Part shown: piece by piece, positions 33,545-42,637 of the stretch | Layout: every line of letters begins with the position of its first letter | How positions within the stretch are numbered: position 1 is the stretch's first letter | Source: an uncultured Spirochaetota bacterium | GTDB lineage: Bacteria > Spirochaetota > Spirochaetia > SZUA-6 > Fen-1364 | NCBI GenBank assembly: GCA_963734545.1 | Contig: CAVTHO010000008.1 | Span: 384,001 to 448,000 of the forward strand | Reading direction: 5' to 3' | Length of the DNA: 64,000 nt | Notes under the pieces: generated by a model | Seen by the model: only the letters and a program-made list of their open reading frames with translations | Told to the model about the DNA's origin: nothing | The model's database searches: none | Position numbers and translations under genes: made by a program

Positions 33545-34300
33545 ATGGCAATGACAGCACTGCAGATCAAGGATCTGCTGAACGAGAACCGCTACCATGA
33601 CTGCGAGGGGGTGGGGCGGGACAAGATCTGTGTCCGTATCGCGGCCATCGCCGACCTGCCGTCCCGGTTCGGCCAGTTCCAGGTGGTGGCGTTCTGGAAC
33701 AATCGCGACGGAAAGGAGCATGCCGCGTTCGTCCATGGTGACATCTCGAATGCCGAAGGCGTGCCGGCACGGCTGCACTCGGAGTGCCTGACCGGGGACG
33801 CCATAGGGTCGCTGCGCTGCGACTGCCGTGACCAGCTCGAGGCCGCGCTCAAGGACCTGGGCCAGCGGGAAAACGGCATCCTGCTCTACCTGCGCCAGGA
33901 AGGACGCGGCATCGGCTTCCTCAACAAGATCCGGGCGTACGGGCTGCAGGACCACGGCATGGACACGGTCGAAGCCAACCTGGCCCTCGGGTTCCGCGAC
34001 GACGAGCGGGACTACGCCGTTGCCGCGCACATGATCTATTCCCTGAAAGTGAAATCCATCAGGCTGATGACGAACAATCCGAAAAAGATAAACGGTCTCG
34101 TGCAGCTCGGCGTGAAGGTGACGGACCGCATTCCGCTCGTCATCCCGCCCAATCAGTACAACCGGTTCTATCTCGAGACAAAAAAGGAAAAATCCGGGCA
34201 CCTCCTGGACACGGCCGGCAAGGAGCACCTCACCGAGCAGCTCGACCGGCCGGTCGTGGAGGGCATGTCACCCGATCAGGCTATCGACATACAGGATTGA
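33545..34300 (+). CDS. ribA: GTP cyclohydrolase II
   Basis: RLHSECLTGDAIGSLRCDCRDQ (Zn ligands), QEGRGIG, DERDY, LMTNNPKK, YLETKKEKSGH; SD AAGGAG. Confidence 0.93.
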   Translation: MAMTALQIKDLLNENRYHDCEGVGRDKICVRIAAIADLPSRFGQFQVVAFWNNRDGKEHAAFVHGDISNAEGVPARLHSECLTGDAIGSLRCDCRDQLEAALKDLGQRENGILLYLRQEGRGIGFLNKIRAYGLQDHGMDTVEANLALGFRDDERDYAVAAHMIYSLKVKSIRLMTNNPKKINGLVQLGVKVTDRIPLVIPPNQYNRFYLETKKEKSGHLLDTAGKEHLTEQLDRPVVEGMSPDQAIDIQD

Positions 34301-34337
34301 GCAGGGGGAAGGCCGCGAACGGCCCAGCCGCAAGCCT

Positions 34338-35310
34338 TCAGCGCGGAATCAGGAGGACCTTGCCGGTGGTCTTTCTGTCCTGGAGCTGCCGGTGCGCCTC
34401 CGCGGCCTCGGCAAGGGGAAAGGTCGCGCCGATCCTCAGGCTCAGCCTGCCGTTGGCCACCCACTGCAGCACATCGCCCGCCCGGCGCTGAAGGCTCGCG
34501 CTGTCAGCGATGTAATGGCCGAGTGTGGGACGTGTCAGGTACAGGGAACCTTTTGCGCTCAGGATGCCCCGGGTCAATCGGGCCGACCTTTCCGCTGGAC
34601 TGGCCGAACAGAACCATGACTCCCCGGGGCGCCAGGCAGTCCAGGCCTTTCAGGAAGGTCGTCGCGCCCACCGAGTCGTACACGGCCCTGACGCCGACGC
34701 CCGCCGTGATGCGCTTCACTTCCTGCAGAAAATCCTTCTCCGTATAGAGGATGATGTCCTGGGCGCCCGCCTTGCGCGCCAGCTCCGCTTTTTCCTGGGT
34801 GGAAACAGTGGCGATGACCCGGGCGCCGCACATGCGCGCCGCCTGCACGAGGAGGAGCCCCACACCGCCGGCCGCTGCGTGGACCAGGATGGTATCCCCC
34901 TTCCGCACGGGGCAGGTATCCCGGACGAGGTAATGGGCCGTCATGCCCTGCAGCATGGCTGCGGCAGCCTGCTGAAAGGTGATGCGCTTGGGCAGGCGGA
35001 CCGCCCTGTCCGCGTGCACCAGGACCGCCTCCGCATAGGTGCCGGGAACGTTGGCGTATGCCACCCGGTCCCCGGCGCGCAGGCCGCGGGCATCCTGTCC
35101 CACCGCCTCCACTGTGCCGGCTCCCTCCATGCCCGGCACCGAGGGCAGCGGCACATCGTACAGGCCTGTTCTACGGTATACGTCGATGAAGTTGACGCCG
35201 ATTGCTTCCTGGCGGACAAGGACCTGCCCTGGTCCGGGTGCCGGTGTCTCCCGCTCGCGCAGGTGCATGACCTCGGGGCCCCCGAACTGCTCGACGAGTA
35301 TCTCTTTCAT
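34338..35310 (-). CDS. qor: NADPH:quinone oxidoreductase, zeta-crystallin type (frameshift near 34570)
   Basis: GVNFIDVYRRTGLY, LQGMTAHYL, HAAAGGVG, YDSVG, FGQSSG, KGSLYLTRP, TTGKVLL. Confidence 0.92.
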
Positions 35311-35344
35311 GGACAAAGATTGTAGACGGAAACGGGAAGGGGCG

Positions 35345-35536
35345 CTATACGACCTTTACCACTTTGCCGCTGCGCAGGCAGCGCGTGCAGATCTTGATCG
35401 TCGTTTTCGTCCTGCCGACCATGGTCTGGATTTTCAGGAGATTCGGCTTCCACACCCTGCGGGTCCTGTTCTTGGCGTGGCTGACCTTGTTCCCCGTGAC
35501 CGTACCTTTTCCGCATATGTCACACTTGCGTGCCAT
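35345..35536 (-). CDS. rpmB: 50S ribosomal protein L28 (Zn-binding C+ form)
   Basis: [38 protein letters not shown]. Confidence 0.97.
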   Translation of the reverse strand: MARKCDICGKGTVTGNKVSHAKNRTRRVWKPNLLKIQTMVGRTKTTIKICTRCLRSGKVVKVV

Positions 35537-35576
35537 TGATTGCCTGCCTTAGATTTCGAAGTTAACCAGAGGCAAA

Positions 35577-35605
35577 AACATATAGAAAAAGGGGCCTTGT
35601 GTAAA
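35577..35605 (-). promoter_or_regulatory. sigma70 promoter of rpmB
   Basis: Minus strand TTTACA-17 bp-TATGTT. Confidence 0.55.
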
Positions 35606-35713
35606 GGGGGACAGCCTGGTGGGAGAGCGTATGCGGCCATTGTGGTTTTCGACGAATTGAGAAGGGCATCTTCTAAATTTCGCGTTTTCCCAAGGTCCGG
35701 CTGAGCTATCGAG

Positions 35714-35754
35714 AAAAAAGGGCTGCGGCGGCGTTGCCGACCGTCGAAGGCCCC
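35714..35754 (-). terminator. Intrinsic terminator of sugar operon
   Basis: Minus strand GGGC..CGGTCGGC-AAC-GCCGCCG..GCCC followed by T6 just after stop at 35760. Confidence 0.6.
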
Positions 35755-35759
35755 ACTCC

Positions 35760-37739
35760 CTATGCCAGCATCACCTGGCCGCCTGTCACCGGCAGGGCCT
35801 GCCCGGTCTCGTACTCCTGGTCCACGAGGTAGAGGATCGCCTTCAGGACGTCCTCCACCCTGCACCCCCTGCCCATGGGGACCCGGGACTCGTAGAACCG
35901 GCGCACGTCGTCCACTGTCTTCGCTCCCGGCACCTTTCCGGCCCGGAGGTACTGGACAAAGAGCCCCTTTTCAGGGTCAGCCCACAGGGGCCCTTCGAAG
36001 AAATTCCCCGGGCAGATCGCGTTGACCTTGATCCCGTCCCCCACGAGCTCCAGGGCAAACGACTGCGTGAGCCCGATGCCTCCGAACTTCCCCCCCGCGT
36101 ACGCGAAGTTCTTGTTGCTCCCTTCCAGACCCGACTTGGAGTTGATCTGGATGATGTCCGCGGTCCGGTCCGGCATGAACCTGCGCTGCAGCTTCATGAT
36201 CGGGGAAAGATACTTCACGCAGAGGAAGTACCCCGAGTAGTTGACCCGGGTCACGAAATCGAAGGTTTCCGGGCTCATCTCCTCAAGGCTCCCCGCCTTG
36301 AGCACGCCCGCGTTGCTCACGAGGATGTCCAGGCCTCCGAACGCCGTCACGCACGCGCGCGCCAGGCCCTGCAGGGACGCAGGGCTGGTCACGTCGGCCG
36401 GCACGAAGAGTGCCCGGTTCGTCACGCCCGCTGCGCCTGCTGTCCCATTCAGCTCGTCCTGCAGTGCGTGGCCCGCCGCTTCATTCAGATCGGCGATCAC
36501 CACGTTCGCGCCTTCGCGGAAGAGGCCTTCCGCGATCCCCCTGCCAAATCCCTGCGCCGCGCCCGTGATCAAGGCTATCCTGCCTTCTGTGCGCCGCCGG
36601 GCAGCGGCGCCTTTTGCCACGCTGGCACGGTAGCTCTCCACCTCCCAGGTCTCGATGAACTGGATGTCGCGCGCGGAGAGAAATCGCGGCCCGCCGAACG
36701 CGGCGGAGAGAAAGCTCACCTTCATCAGGTCCTCGAACATGTCCAGGCAGGTCTCGGCGGAGCGTTTCGTGTCCTCCACCGCAATGACGCCCAGCCCTGC
36801 AATCAGAAGTATCTTCGGCGCGTAACCCCACTTGCTCTTGTACGTCTCCAGCGCTGCCGGGACGGCTTTGAAGAGCTCCTCGGGATCGCCGCGGAACGTG
36901 AGCAGCAGGGGGGCGGACTTGCAATAGACGATGTCATCCGGCATGAACGGCAGGACCACACCCTGCTGGTGTTCCGGCTGGAGAAAGTGCTCGACAAGCG
37001 CGTTGTTGCGGACAGCCGCGACCTTTGCGGCGCCCGGCCCCGAGAGCATCATGCGGAGGCCGGGCAGCACGCGTACCACCGCGTCCGGCACGGGGCGTTC
37101 TTCACGCGGGACCGGCCCCTGGAAGCGCGCGGAAATCTTTCGCACCACCTCGTCGGTGAGAGAGCGGATCTCCGCGGTCGTCTCGGCCGCCACCACGAGA
37201 CCGTGGTTCTGCATGAGCACGATCCGAGGGTCTCCGCCGTGCGCGCCGCGGTAGTCTTTCAGCAGCTCCTGCATGAGCTTCGCGAGCCGGTAGCCGGGGT
37301 CCGTGTAGGGCACCCACAGGGCTTCCCTGCCGAAAAGCTCCCGCGTGACCGCCTCCCCGTTCTTCGCGCAGGTAAGCGCATTCACCATGTACGGGTGGGT
37401 GTGCACGACGAACCGCCAGGCAAGCATCTCATGAAGAGAGGTTTCCACGGACGGACGGCCCCCCTTTTCAGGGTCTGTCCTGCTTGCCATCAGATCGGCC
37501 TTTATCTGCGCTTCCCTCTTGAAAGGATCCTCGCTGTAGGTGCGCGAGAGGACCTGCCGGACCGCCTCACGGGAAAGCTCCACGAAGCCCGTCTCCGTAA
37601 TGTCCTTCAGACCTGCGCCGCTCGCCTTGATGGCAATCCGCGCGGCGTCCTTGACGGAGGTATTGCCCCCGCCGGCAACGGCAAAATCGCTGCCGAGACC
37701 GAAGAATCGGGAGACTTCTATCAGCTCTGTCAGGTCCAC
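35760..37739 (-). CDS. Class II aldolase / SDR fusion (RhaEW architecture, SrlD-like SDR)
   Basis: GGGNTS, KASG, PSVETSLH, VVHTHP, MQNHG; SDR GAAQGFG, IIQINSKSG, YAGGK, TGGQVM. Confidence 0.88.
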   Translation of the reverse strand: MDLTELIEVSRFFGLGSDFAVAGGGNTSVKDAARIAIKASGAGLKDITETGFVELSREAVRQVLSRTYSEDPFKREAQIKADLMASRTDPEKGGRPSVETSLHEMLAWRFVVHTHPYMVNALTCAKNGEAVTRELFGREALWVPYTDPGYRLAKLMQELLKDYRGAHGGDPRIVLMQNHGLVVAAETTAEIRSLTDEVVRKISARFQGPVPREERPVPDAVVRVLPGLRMMLSGPGAAKVAAVRNNALVEHFLQPEHQQGVVLPFMPDDIVYCKSAPLLLTFRGDPEELFKAVPAALETYKSKWGYAPKILLIAGLGVIAVEDTKRSAETCLDMFEDLMKVSFLSAAFGGPRFLSARDIQFIETWEVESYRASVAKGAAARRRTEGRIALITGAAQGFGRGIAEGLFREGANVVIADLNEAAGHALQDELNGTAGAAGVTNRALFVPADVTSPASLQGLARACVTAFGGLDILVSNAGVLKAGSLEEMSPETFDFVTRVNYSGYFLCVKYLSPIMKLQRRFMPDRTADIIQINSKSGLEGSNKNFAYAGGKFGGIGLTQSFALELVGDGIKVNAICPGNFFEGPLWADPEKGLFVQYLRAGKVPGAKTVDDVRRFYESRVPMGRGCRVEDVLKAILYLVDQEYETGQALPVTGGQVMLA

Positions 37740-37740
37740 G

Positions 37741-39015
37741 CTAGCGCCTCTTTGCGAGCACGGTGCGCTCGTGTTCCGTCACCCGGTCCAGCCATGCCGC
37801 TCCGACGGGCACGCCCTGCTGTGCGCAGAACCGGTCCCACACGGCGCCGTGGGGCAGGTCCTTGACCTCTTCCCCGAGGGCCAGGCGGGCAGTGAGGTTC
37901 CCGGAAGCCTCCTCTTTCCTGAGCATCTCGGTCGGCTCGAGGAGGGCCAGGAGAATGGCCTTGAGGGTCGCGCGCGCGCCGATCACCCAGGCGGCCACCC
38001 GGTTGATGCTCGCGTCGAAATAGTCCGTTGCCACGTGCACCCTGCCCCACGCGTCTGCCCGGGCAACCTCGGCAGCCACGGCCTTCACCTCGTCGTTCAG
38101 GGTGACGACATGGTCGCTGTCCCACCGCACCCCGCGGCTCACGTGGAGGAGCAGCTCCCTGCTGAAGAGAAGGACCGGCGAGATCTTGTCCGCCACCGAC
38201 TCCGTGGGATGGAAGTGTCCCATGTCGAGGCAGAGCATGAGGTCGTTCTTCAGGGCGTAGCCCAGGTAGAACTCGTGTGAGCCCACGACGTAGGACTCGG
38301 ACCCGATCCCGAAGAGCTTGCCCTCCACCGCGTCGCGCTCGTACCGGGGGTCCAGCTTCTTCTCGAATATCCGGTCAAGCGATTCCTTCAGCAGCACGCG
38401 CGGTGCGTGCCGGTCCGCGGGAGAGTCCTTGTACCCATCCGCAATCCAGAGGTTGACGATGGAGGGGGTGCCGAGCGTCTTTCCCATGGCCTCGCCGATC
38501 TCGCGGCAGCGCAGGGAATGCTTCACCCAGAAGTCCCGGACCTTCCGGTCACGGGAGGAAAGGGTGAAACCCGAATCCGCCATGGGGTGGCTGAAGAAGG
38601 TGGGATTGAAATCCAGCCCGATGCCGAGCTTCCTTGCCCAGGCGATCCAGGCCGCGAAGTGCTCGGGACCCAGGGAGTCGCGCTCCACCTTCCGTCCCCC
38701 TGTTTCCGCGTATATGGCATGCAGGTTGGCCCTGTGTGCTCCGGGTATCAGGGAAAAGGCCACCTCGTAGTCCGCGCGCAGCTCCTCCGCGGTCCGCGCC
38801 TTCCCCGGGTAGTTGCCCGTGGCCTGGATGCCGCCTCCGGTGAGACCCGCGGTGCTCTCGAATCCGCCCACGTCGTCCCCCTGCCAGCAGTGCAGGGACA
38901 GCGGGATCGAGGCGAGAGTGGAGAGCGCTTTCTCCACGTCGATGCCCCAGAGGGCGTACGCCGCCTTCGCGTTTTCGAAGCTGCGGGCGATTGTATCTGC
39001 CGAGGGTTGCTGCAT
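37741..39015 (-). CDS. rhaA: L-rhamnose isomerase
   Basis: SLHCWQGDDVGGFE, GGIQATGNYPGKART, NLHAIY, DFNPTFFSH, GKLFGIGSESYVVGSHEFY, GHFHPTE, HVSRGVRWDSDH. Confidence 0.95.
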   Translation of the reverse strand: MQQPSADTIARSFENAKAAYALWGIDVEKALSTLASIPLSLHCWQGDDVGGFESTAGLTGGGIQATGNYPGKARTAEELRADYEVAFSLIPGAHRANLHAIYAETGGRKVERDSLGPEHFAAWIAWARKLGIGLDFNPTFFSHPMADSGFTLSSRDRKVRDFWVKHSLRCREIGEAMGKTLGTPSIVNLWIADGYKDSPADRHAPRVLLKESLDRIFEKKLDPRYERDAVEGKLFGIGSESYVVGSHEFYLGYALKNDLMLCLDMGHFHPTESVADKISPVLLFSRELLLHVSRGVRWDSDHVVTLNDEVKAVAAEVARADAWGRVHVATDYFDASINRVAAWVIGARATLKAILLALLEPTEMLRKEEASGNLTARLALGEEVKDLPHGAVWDRFCAQQGVPVGAAWLDRVTEHERTVLAKRR

Positions 39016-39029
39016 AAAGGGCTCCTCTC

Positions 39030-40340
39030 TCAGTTGGTCAATGCGGCGATGGCGGCCCCCAGAAGAGGAGCGTCCTCCACGGATGCGACTTCCCACGCGC
39101 GCGCGTTTTTTCCCGCAAGGAATCGGTACATGTGCGACTCGACCCGCATGCGGAAGGACCGGAGCTGCCAGAAGGTGGAACCGTCCGCGGTGATGCAGAT
39201 CGGGTAGCGGGGGTCCCGGCCCTTGTCCGTCTTCAGGACCAGGGCGCAGAGATTCATCGCCACCAGGGCCGCTGCACGCTCAACGAGTGTATCGCAAAGC
39301 CGGTAAAGGGCCTGGGCGTCCTCCGCGGGAACGCGCCCGCATACGGCGCCCAGCGGGTTGTCATTCCCGTCAGGGTAGAGCAGGAAATCGTTCAATTCCC
39401 GGCCGGAAAGCGACTGCACACGAGCAAGCTCGCGCGCTGCGTCCGCGGAGAGGCAGCCTTGCTGCGCCGCACGCCGCGCCGTGAAGAGACAGAGGGCGCT
39501 CAGGTACGCGCCCGAGATCGCCTTCTCATGTCGATACTTCCCGGGAACCGCGGTGGTGGCGTCGAACTCGTCGTCGACCTTCCCGAATGTCCCGCCGAAG
39601 GATCCGGATTCGGTATTGATGATCTGCGATCCCGCGGCATCCAGACCCGGAATCTTGCGGATGTTCGCGTTGGACTCCACGTACGCCGCATTTATTCCGG
39701 TGCCGCAGACAAGCCCGATGAAGCCGTCGAAACGCCTGCCCGGCAGGGCATTGCGCCCCGCCAGGAGCGTGGCCACCGTGTCGTTCAGCAGCACGATCCG
39801 GGGAGGCTCCCGGACGCCCGCCGCTGCCATGGCGCGGCGGAGATTCGCGCCGATCAGCTCGCCTTCCACGCTGCGCGCCTTGATCTCCTTTGAGAAGTGC
39901 AGGAGCTTGCCGTCCTTGTCCGGCATCATCTGCGCGGCGTACGAAAAACAGAACCCGATCCGGTCAGCCCTGCCGGCAAACGGGAGGACGAATCCCGCCA
40001 TGAGCCTGAAAAAATCGTCCTTGCCGAGCTCCTTTTCCACGCCCGGCATTGCGTGCCGCGCCAGGTCCTCGATCACCGGCTTCCCCGCCGGATCGAAGCT
40101 CACCACCGCCACTCTCAGGTTGGTGCCGCCCGCGTCGAGCGCGATCACCTTCTCCGCGCGCGGCACCTCCCGGGCCGTTTCGATGAAGGTCGGAATCATG
40201 GGCAGGGAGGACGGCCTGCCTTCGAGACCCCGGCGCATCTCCTCCTGGAAGGCCCCGCAGAGACGGGCGAAGTCGATGCGCGAGGGGATGATGCGGTTGA
40301 CCGCCATGAACCGGTCAAGGGATCGAGAGGCGCGATTCAT
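39030..40340 (-). CDS. Hexokinase (eukaryote-like family)
   Basis: LPMIPTF, ALDAGGTNLRV, IGFCFSY, FSKE, LLNDTVATLL, GTGINAAY, INTESG, EKAISGAY, ADGS. Confidence 0.92.
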   Translation of the reverse strand: MNRASRSLDRFMAVNRIIPSRIDFARLCGAFQEEMRRGLEGRPSSLPMIPTFIETAREVPRAEKVIALDAGGTNLRVAVVSFDPAGKPVIEDLARHAMPGVEKELGKDDFFRLMAGFVLPFAGRADRIGFCFSYAAQMMPDKDGKLLHFSKEIKARSVEGELIGANLRRAMAAAGVREPPRIVLLNDTVATLLAGRNALPGRRFDGFIGLVCGTGINAAYVESNANIRKIPGLDAAGSQIINTESGSFGGTFGKVDDEFDATTAVPGKYRHEKAISGAYLSALCLFTARRAAQQGCLSADAARELARVQSLSGRELNDFLLYPDGNDNPLGAVCGRVPAEDAQALYRLCDTLVERAAALVAMNLCALVLKTDKGRDPRYPICITADGSTFWQLRSFRMRVESHMYRFLAGKNARAWEVASVEDAPLLGAAIAALTN

Positions 40341-41737
40341 CGGGATTCCCCCGTCCGCCGTGACTTCGCATACCGCACGGCTTCCGCCATGCAGCCTATG
40401 GCCTTTTCCAGGTGTCCGAGCTCCTCGTATCCGTATGAAAGCCGGAGCTGGCGCGTGCCCTGCTCCACCATGGCGCCCTTCGGATGCACGCAGAACTCTC
40501 CGGGGATATAGATCACGCGCGGCAGCTTCGCTTCCGCAGGGCCGTCCACTTCTTCCTCACCCGTGGTCCGGGCCAGGCAGCGGAAGAACGGGGAGCTCTC
40601 ATCCGTCCTGATGCCGTCCAGCGTGAGATAATAGTAGAAGCTCGCCTGTCCCCCCCTGCACTCCGCAATCGTCTCCCCCAGCTTCGCCTCCAGCCAGCCG
40701 CGCACGGCCAGGGCCTTTTCCCTGTAGCCGCGCCTCACGTCGGCGAGCTGCCGGTCAAGGACATTGTCCAGGAGCCAGCTCGCGATTTCCTGGTTGATCA
40801 GCGGGCCGCTGAAGCCTGCGTCGCTCGTTCTCTGGATCATGGCCTGCAGAAAGGGGCCGTCGGCCCCCATCATGTAGCCGATGCGCAGTGCAGGGGCGAT
40901 GATCTTGGACAGGGTGCCGACCTCGTAGACGACCCCTGCCTCGTCGTCCAGAAGACCCGACCGGGGCTTCTCCACTGCCGGGTCGTGGATCATGTCCTCG
41001 TACGCCTTGTCCAGGATGAGGGGAACGGTCCTTCCGAGCCTTCCGGACAGACGGGCAGCCGCCCGCACCAGGCCGGCGCGTTCCCTGTTGGCAATGATCG
41101 TTGCGCTCGGGTTGTTCACGGTGACGACGTAGAGGAAGCTTATGCGCGCCGCATCGTCCCCCAGCTCTTCGATCCGCGCCTCCACGTCTTCCGCGTGCAG
41201 GCCGTCCCGGCGCTCCGGGATCGTGATGACCGTGAAACCGCTGCGCTCCAGGAAATCGCAGTAGATGTAGTACATGGGATCGGATGTGAGGACGATACCG
41301 GGGCGCAGAACGTGCGCGAGCCCTTCCAGCAGGCTCGTGGCGCCATTGGGGCCGATGATGATCTCCTTGCGGGAGAGCACGCTCTCCGTGAGCCCGCCGA
41401 TTCCCCGGGAGACGTGGTAGCGGCGGATCGACTCGATGAGCGACGGCGAGCCCTTGGGGCCTCCGTAGTTGAGGGGAGACTTGTACTTCCCCGGCTGCGC
41501 GAGCACCTGTCCGAGGGCCTCCCGGATCTGCGCCTGCGGGATGGTGTTCTCGTTCACGTAGCCCACCCCGAGGTTGATGTCCACTCCCTCGCGGAAATCG
41601 GCGGCAAAAGACGACATCATCCTGTTCACCGGCGAGGGCGAACGCGACCGGCAGCCGTACTCCGAGAGAAGAATGTCAGTCCCCCGGCCGCTCCTGGCGG
41701 CATTTGTTTCCTGGATCCCTGGTGCAAGAGGTTTCAT
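40337..41737 (-). CDS. PLP-dependent class I/II aminotransferase (ARO8/MocR-like, no HTH)
   Basis: INLGVG, LNYGGPKG, NNPS, DKAY, GTLSKIIAPALRIG, LRLSY. Confidence 0.85.
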   Translation of the reverse strand: MKPLAPGIQETNAARSGRGTDILLSEYGCRSRSPSPVNRMMSSFAADFREGVDINLGVGYVNENTIPQAQIREALGQVLAQPGKYKSPLNYGGPKGSPSLIESIRRYHVSRGIGGLTESVLSRKEIIIGPNGATSLLEGLAHVLRPGIVLTSDPMYYIYCDFLERSGFTVITIPERRDGLHAEDVEARIEELGDDAARISFLYVVTVNNPSATIIANRERAGLVRAAARLSGRLGRTVPLILDKAYEDMIHDPAVEKPRSGLLDDEAGVVYEVGTLSKIIAPALRIGYMMGADGPFLQAMIQRTSDAGFSGPLINQEIASWLLDNVLDRQLADVRRGYREKALAVRGWLEAKLGETIAECRGGQASFYYYLTLDGIRTDESSPFFRCLARTTGEEEVDGPAEAKLPRVIYIPGEFCVHPKGAMVEQGTRQLRLSYGYEELGHLEKAIGCMAEAVRYAKSRRTGESR

Positions 41738-41804
41738 GGCAAGTGAGGATTCTACTCTTAATTCCTGATCACCCTCAAGGCGGCGCGCATGGAGCAGAAC
41801 CCCT

Positions 41805-42620
41805 TCATACGCAGTCCACGAGGAATCCGCCGTCCACCGGGATGGTGATACCGGTGACGAATCCCGAGGCTTTTTCACTGGAAAGAAACACGACGGCGCC
41901 CGCAAGATCGTCCGGATCGCCGAACCGGGCAAAGGGAGTTCTTCCGATTATTTCCTTGCCGCGCTGGGTGAGCCCTCCCGTTTTCTCGTCGACGAGCAGG
42001 GCACGATTCTGTTTTCCCAGGAAGAAGCCCGGCGCGATGGCGTTGACCCTGATGCCGTGGGGAGCAAACTCCTTTGCGGCGGCCATGGTGAGGTTCAGCA
42101 CGCCTGCCTTGGCCGCGTCGTACGCCCATACTCCGGAGAGCGGCACGTAGGAAGACATCGATGCCAGGTTGATGATCGAGCCGTGCGCCTTCTTCTCGAT
42201 CCACCAGCGGCAGAAGACCTTGGTCGGCACCATGAGCCCTGCCACGAGGTTGAGCTTCAGCACCTCTTCGAAGAGAGCGGTGTCCGTGTCCACGAAAGCC
42301 GTCTTGCTCCGGTTTCCGCCCACCGCGTTGATCAGCACGTCAAGACTGCCGAAGCGTTCGACAGTGGCGCGCACGGCATCGGACATGGAGGATTCGTTGA
42401 ATGCGTCCCCCACCACCCAGTCGATCCGCTCCTTCCCGCCCGCGGCGGAGCCTGCCCGCTCGGCCGCTTCCTGCAGTGTTTCCGAGTGACGTCCCCAGAG
42501 AGACACGCTGGCGCCCGCCCGCACGAGTGCCCCTGCCATGGAACCGGCAAGCACACCGCTTCCTCCGGTGATGACGGCGGTCTTCCCGTCCAGTCCGAAC
42601 CTTTCATCGAGCCAGCTCAT
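41805..42620 (-). CDS. SDR, D-mannonate oxidoreductase (SDR-type UxuB)-like
   Basis: ITGGSGVLA, INAVGGN, YDAAK, RVNAIAPGFF..QNRALL..LTQRG..I..TPFARFG. Confidence 0.82.
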   Translation of the reverse strand: MSWLDERFGLDGKTAVITGGSGVLAGSMAGALVRAGASVSLWGRHSETLQEAAERAGSAAGGKERIDWVVGDAFNESSMSDAVRATVERFGSLDVLINAVGGNRSKTAFVDTDTALFEEVLKLNLVAGLMVPTKVFCRWWIEKKAHGSIINLASMSSYVPLSGVWAYDAAKAGVLNLTMAAAKEFAPHGIRVNAIAPGFFLGKQNRALLVDEKTGGLTQRGKEIIGRTPFARFGDPDDLAGAVVFLSSEKASGFVTGITIPVDGGFLVDCV

Positions 42621-42637
42621 TTTTTCCCTCCTGTGCC

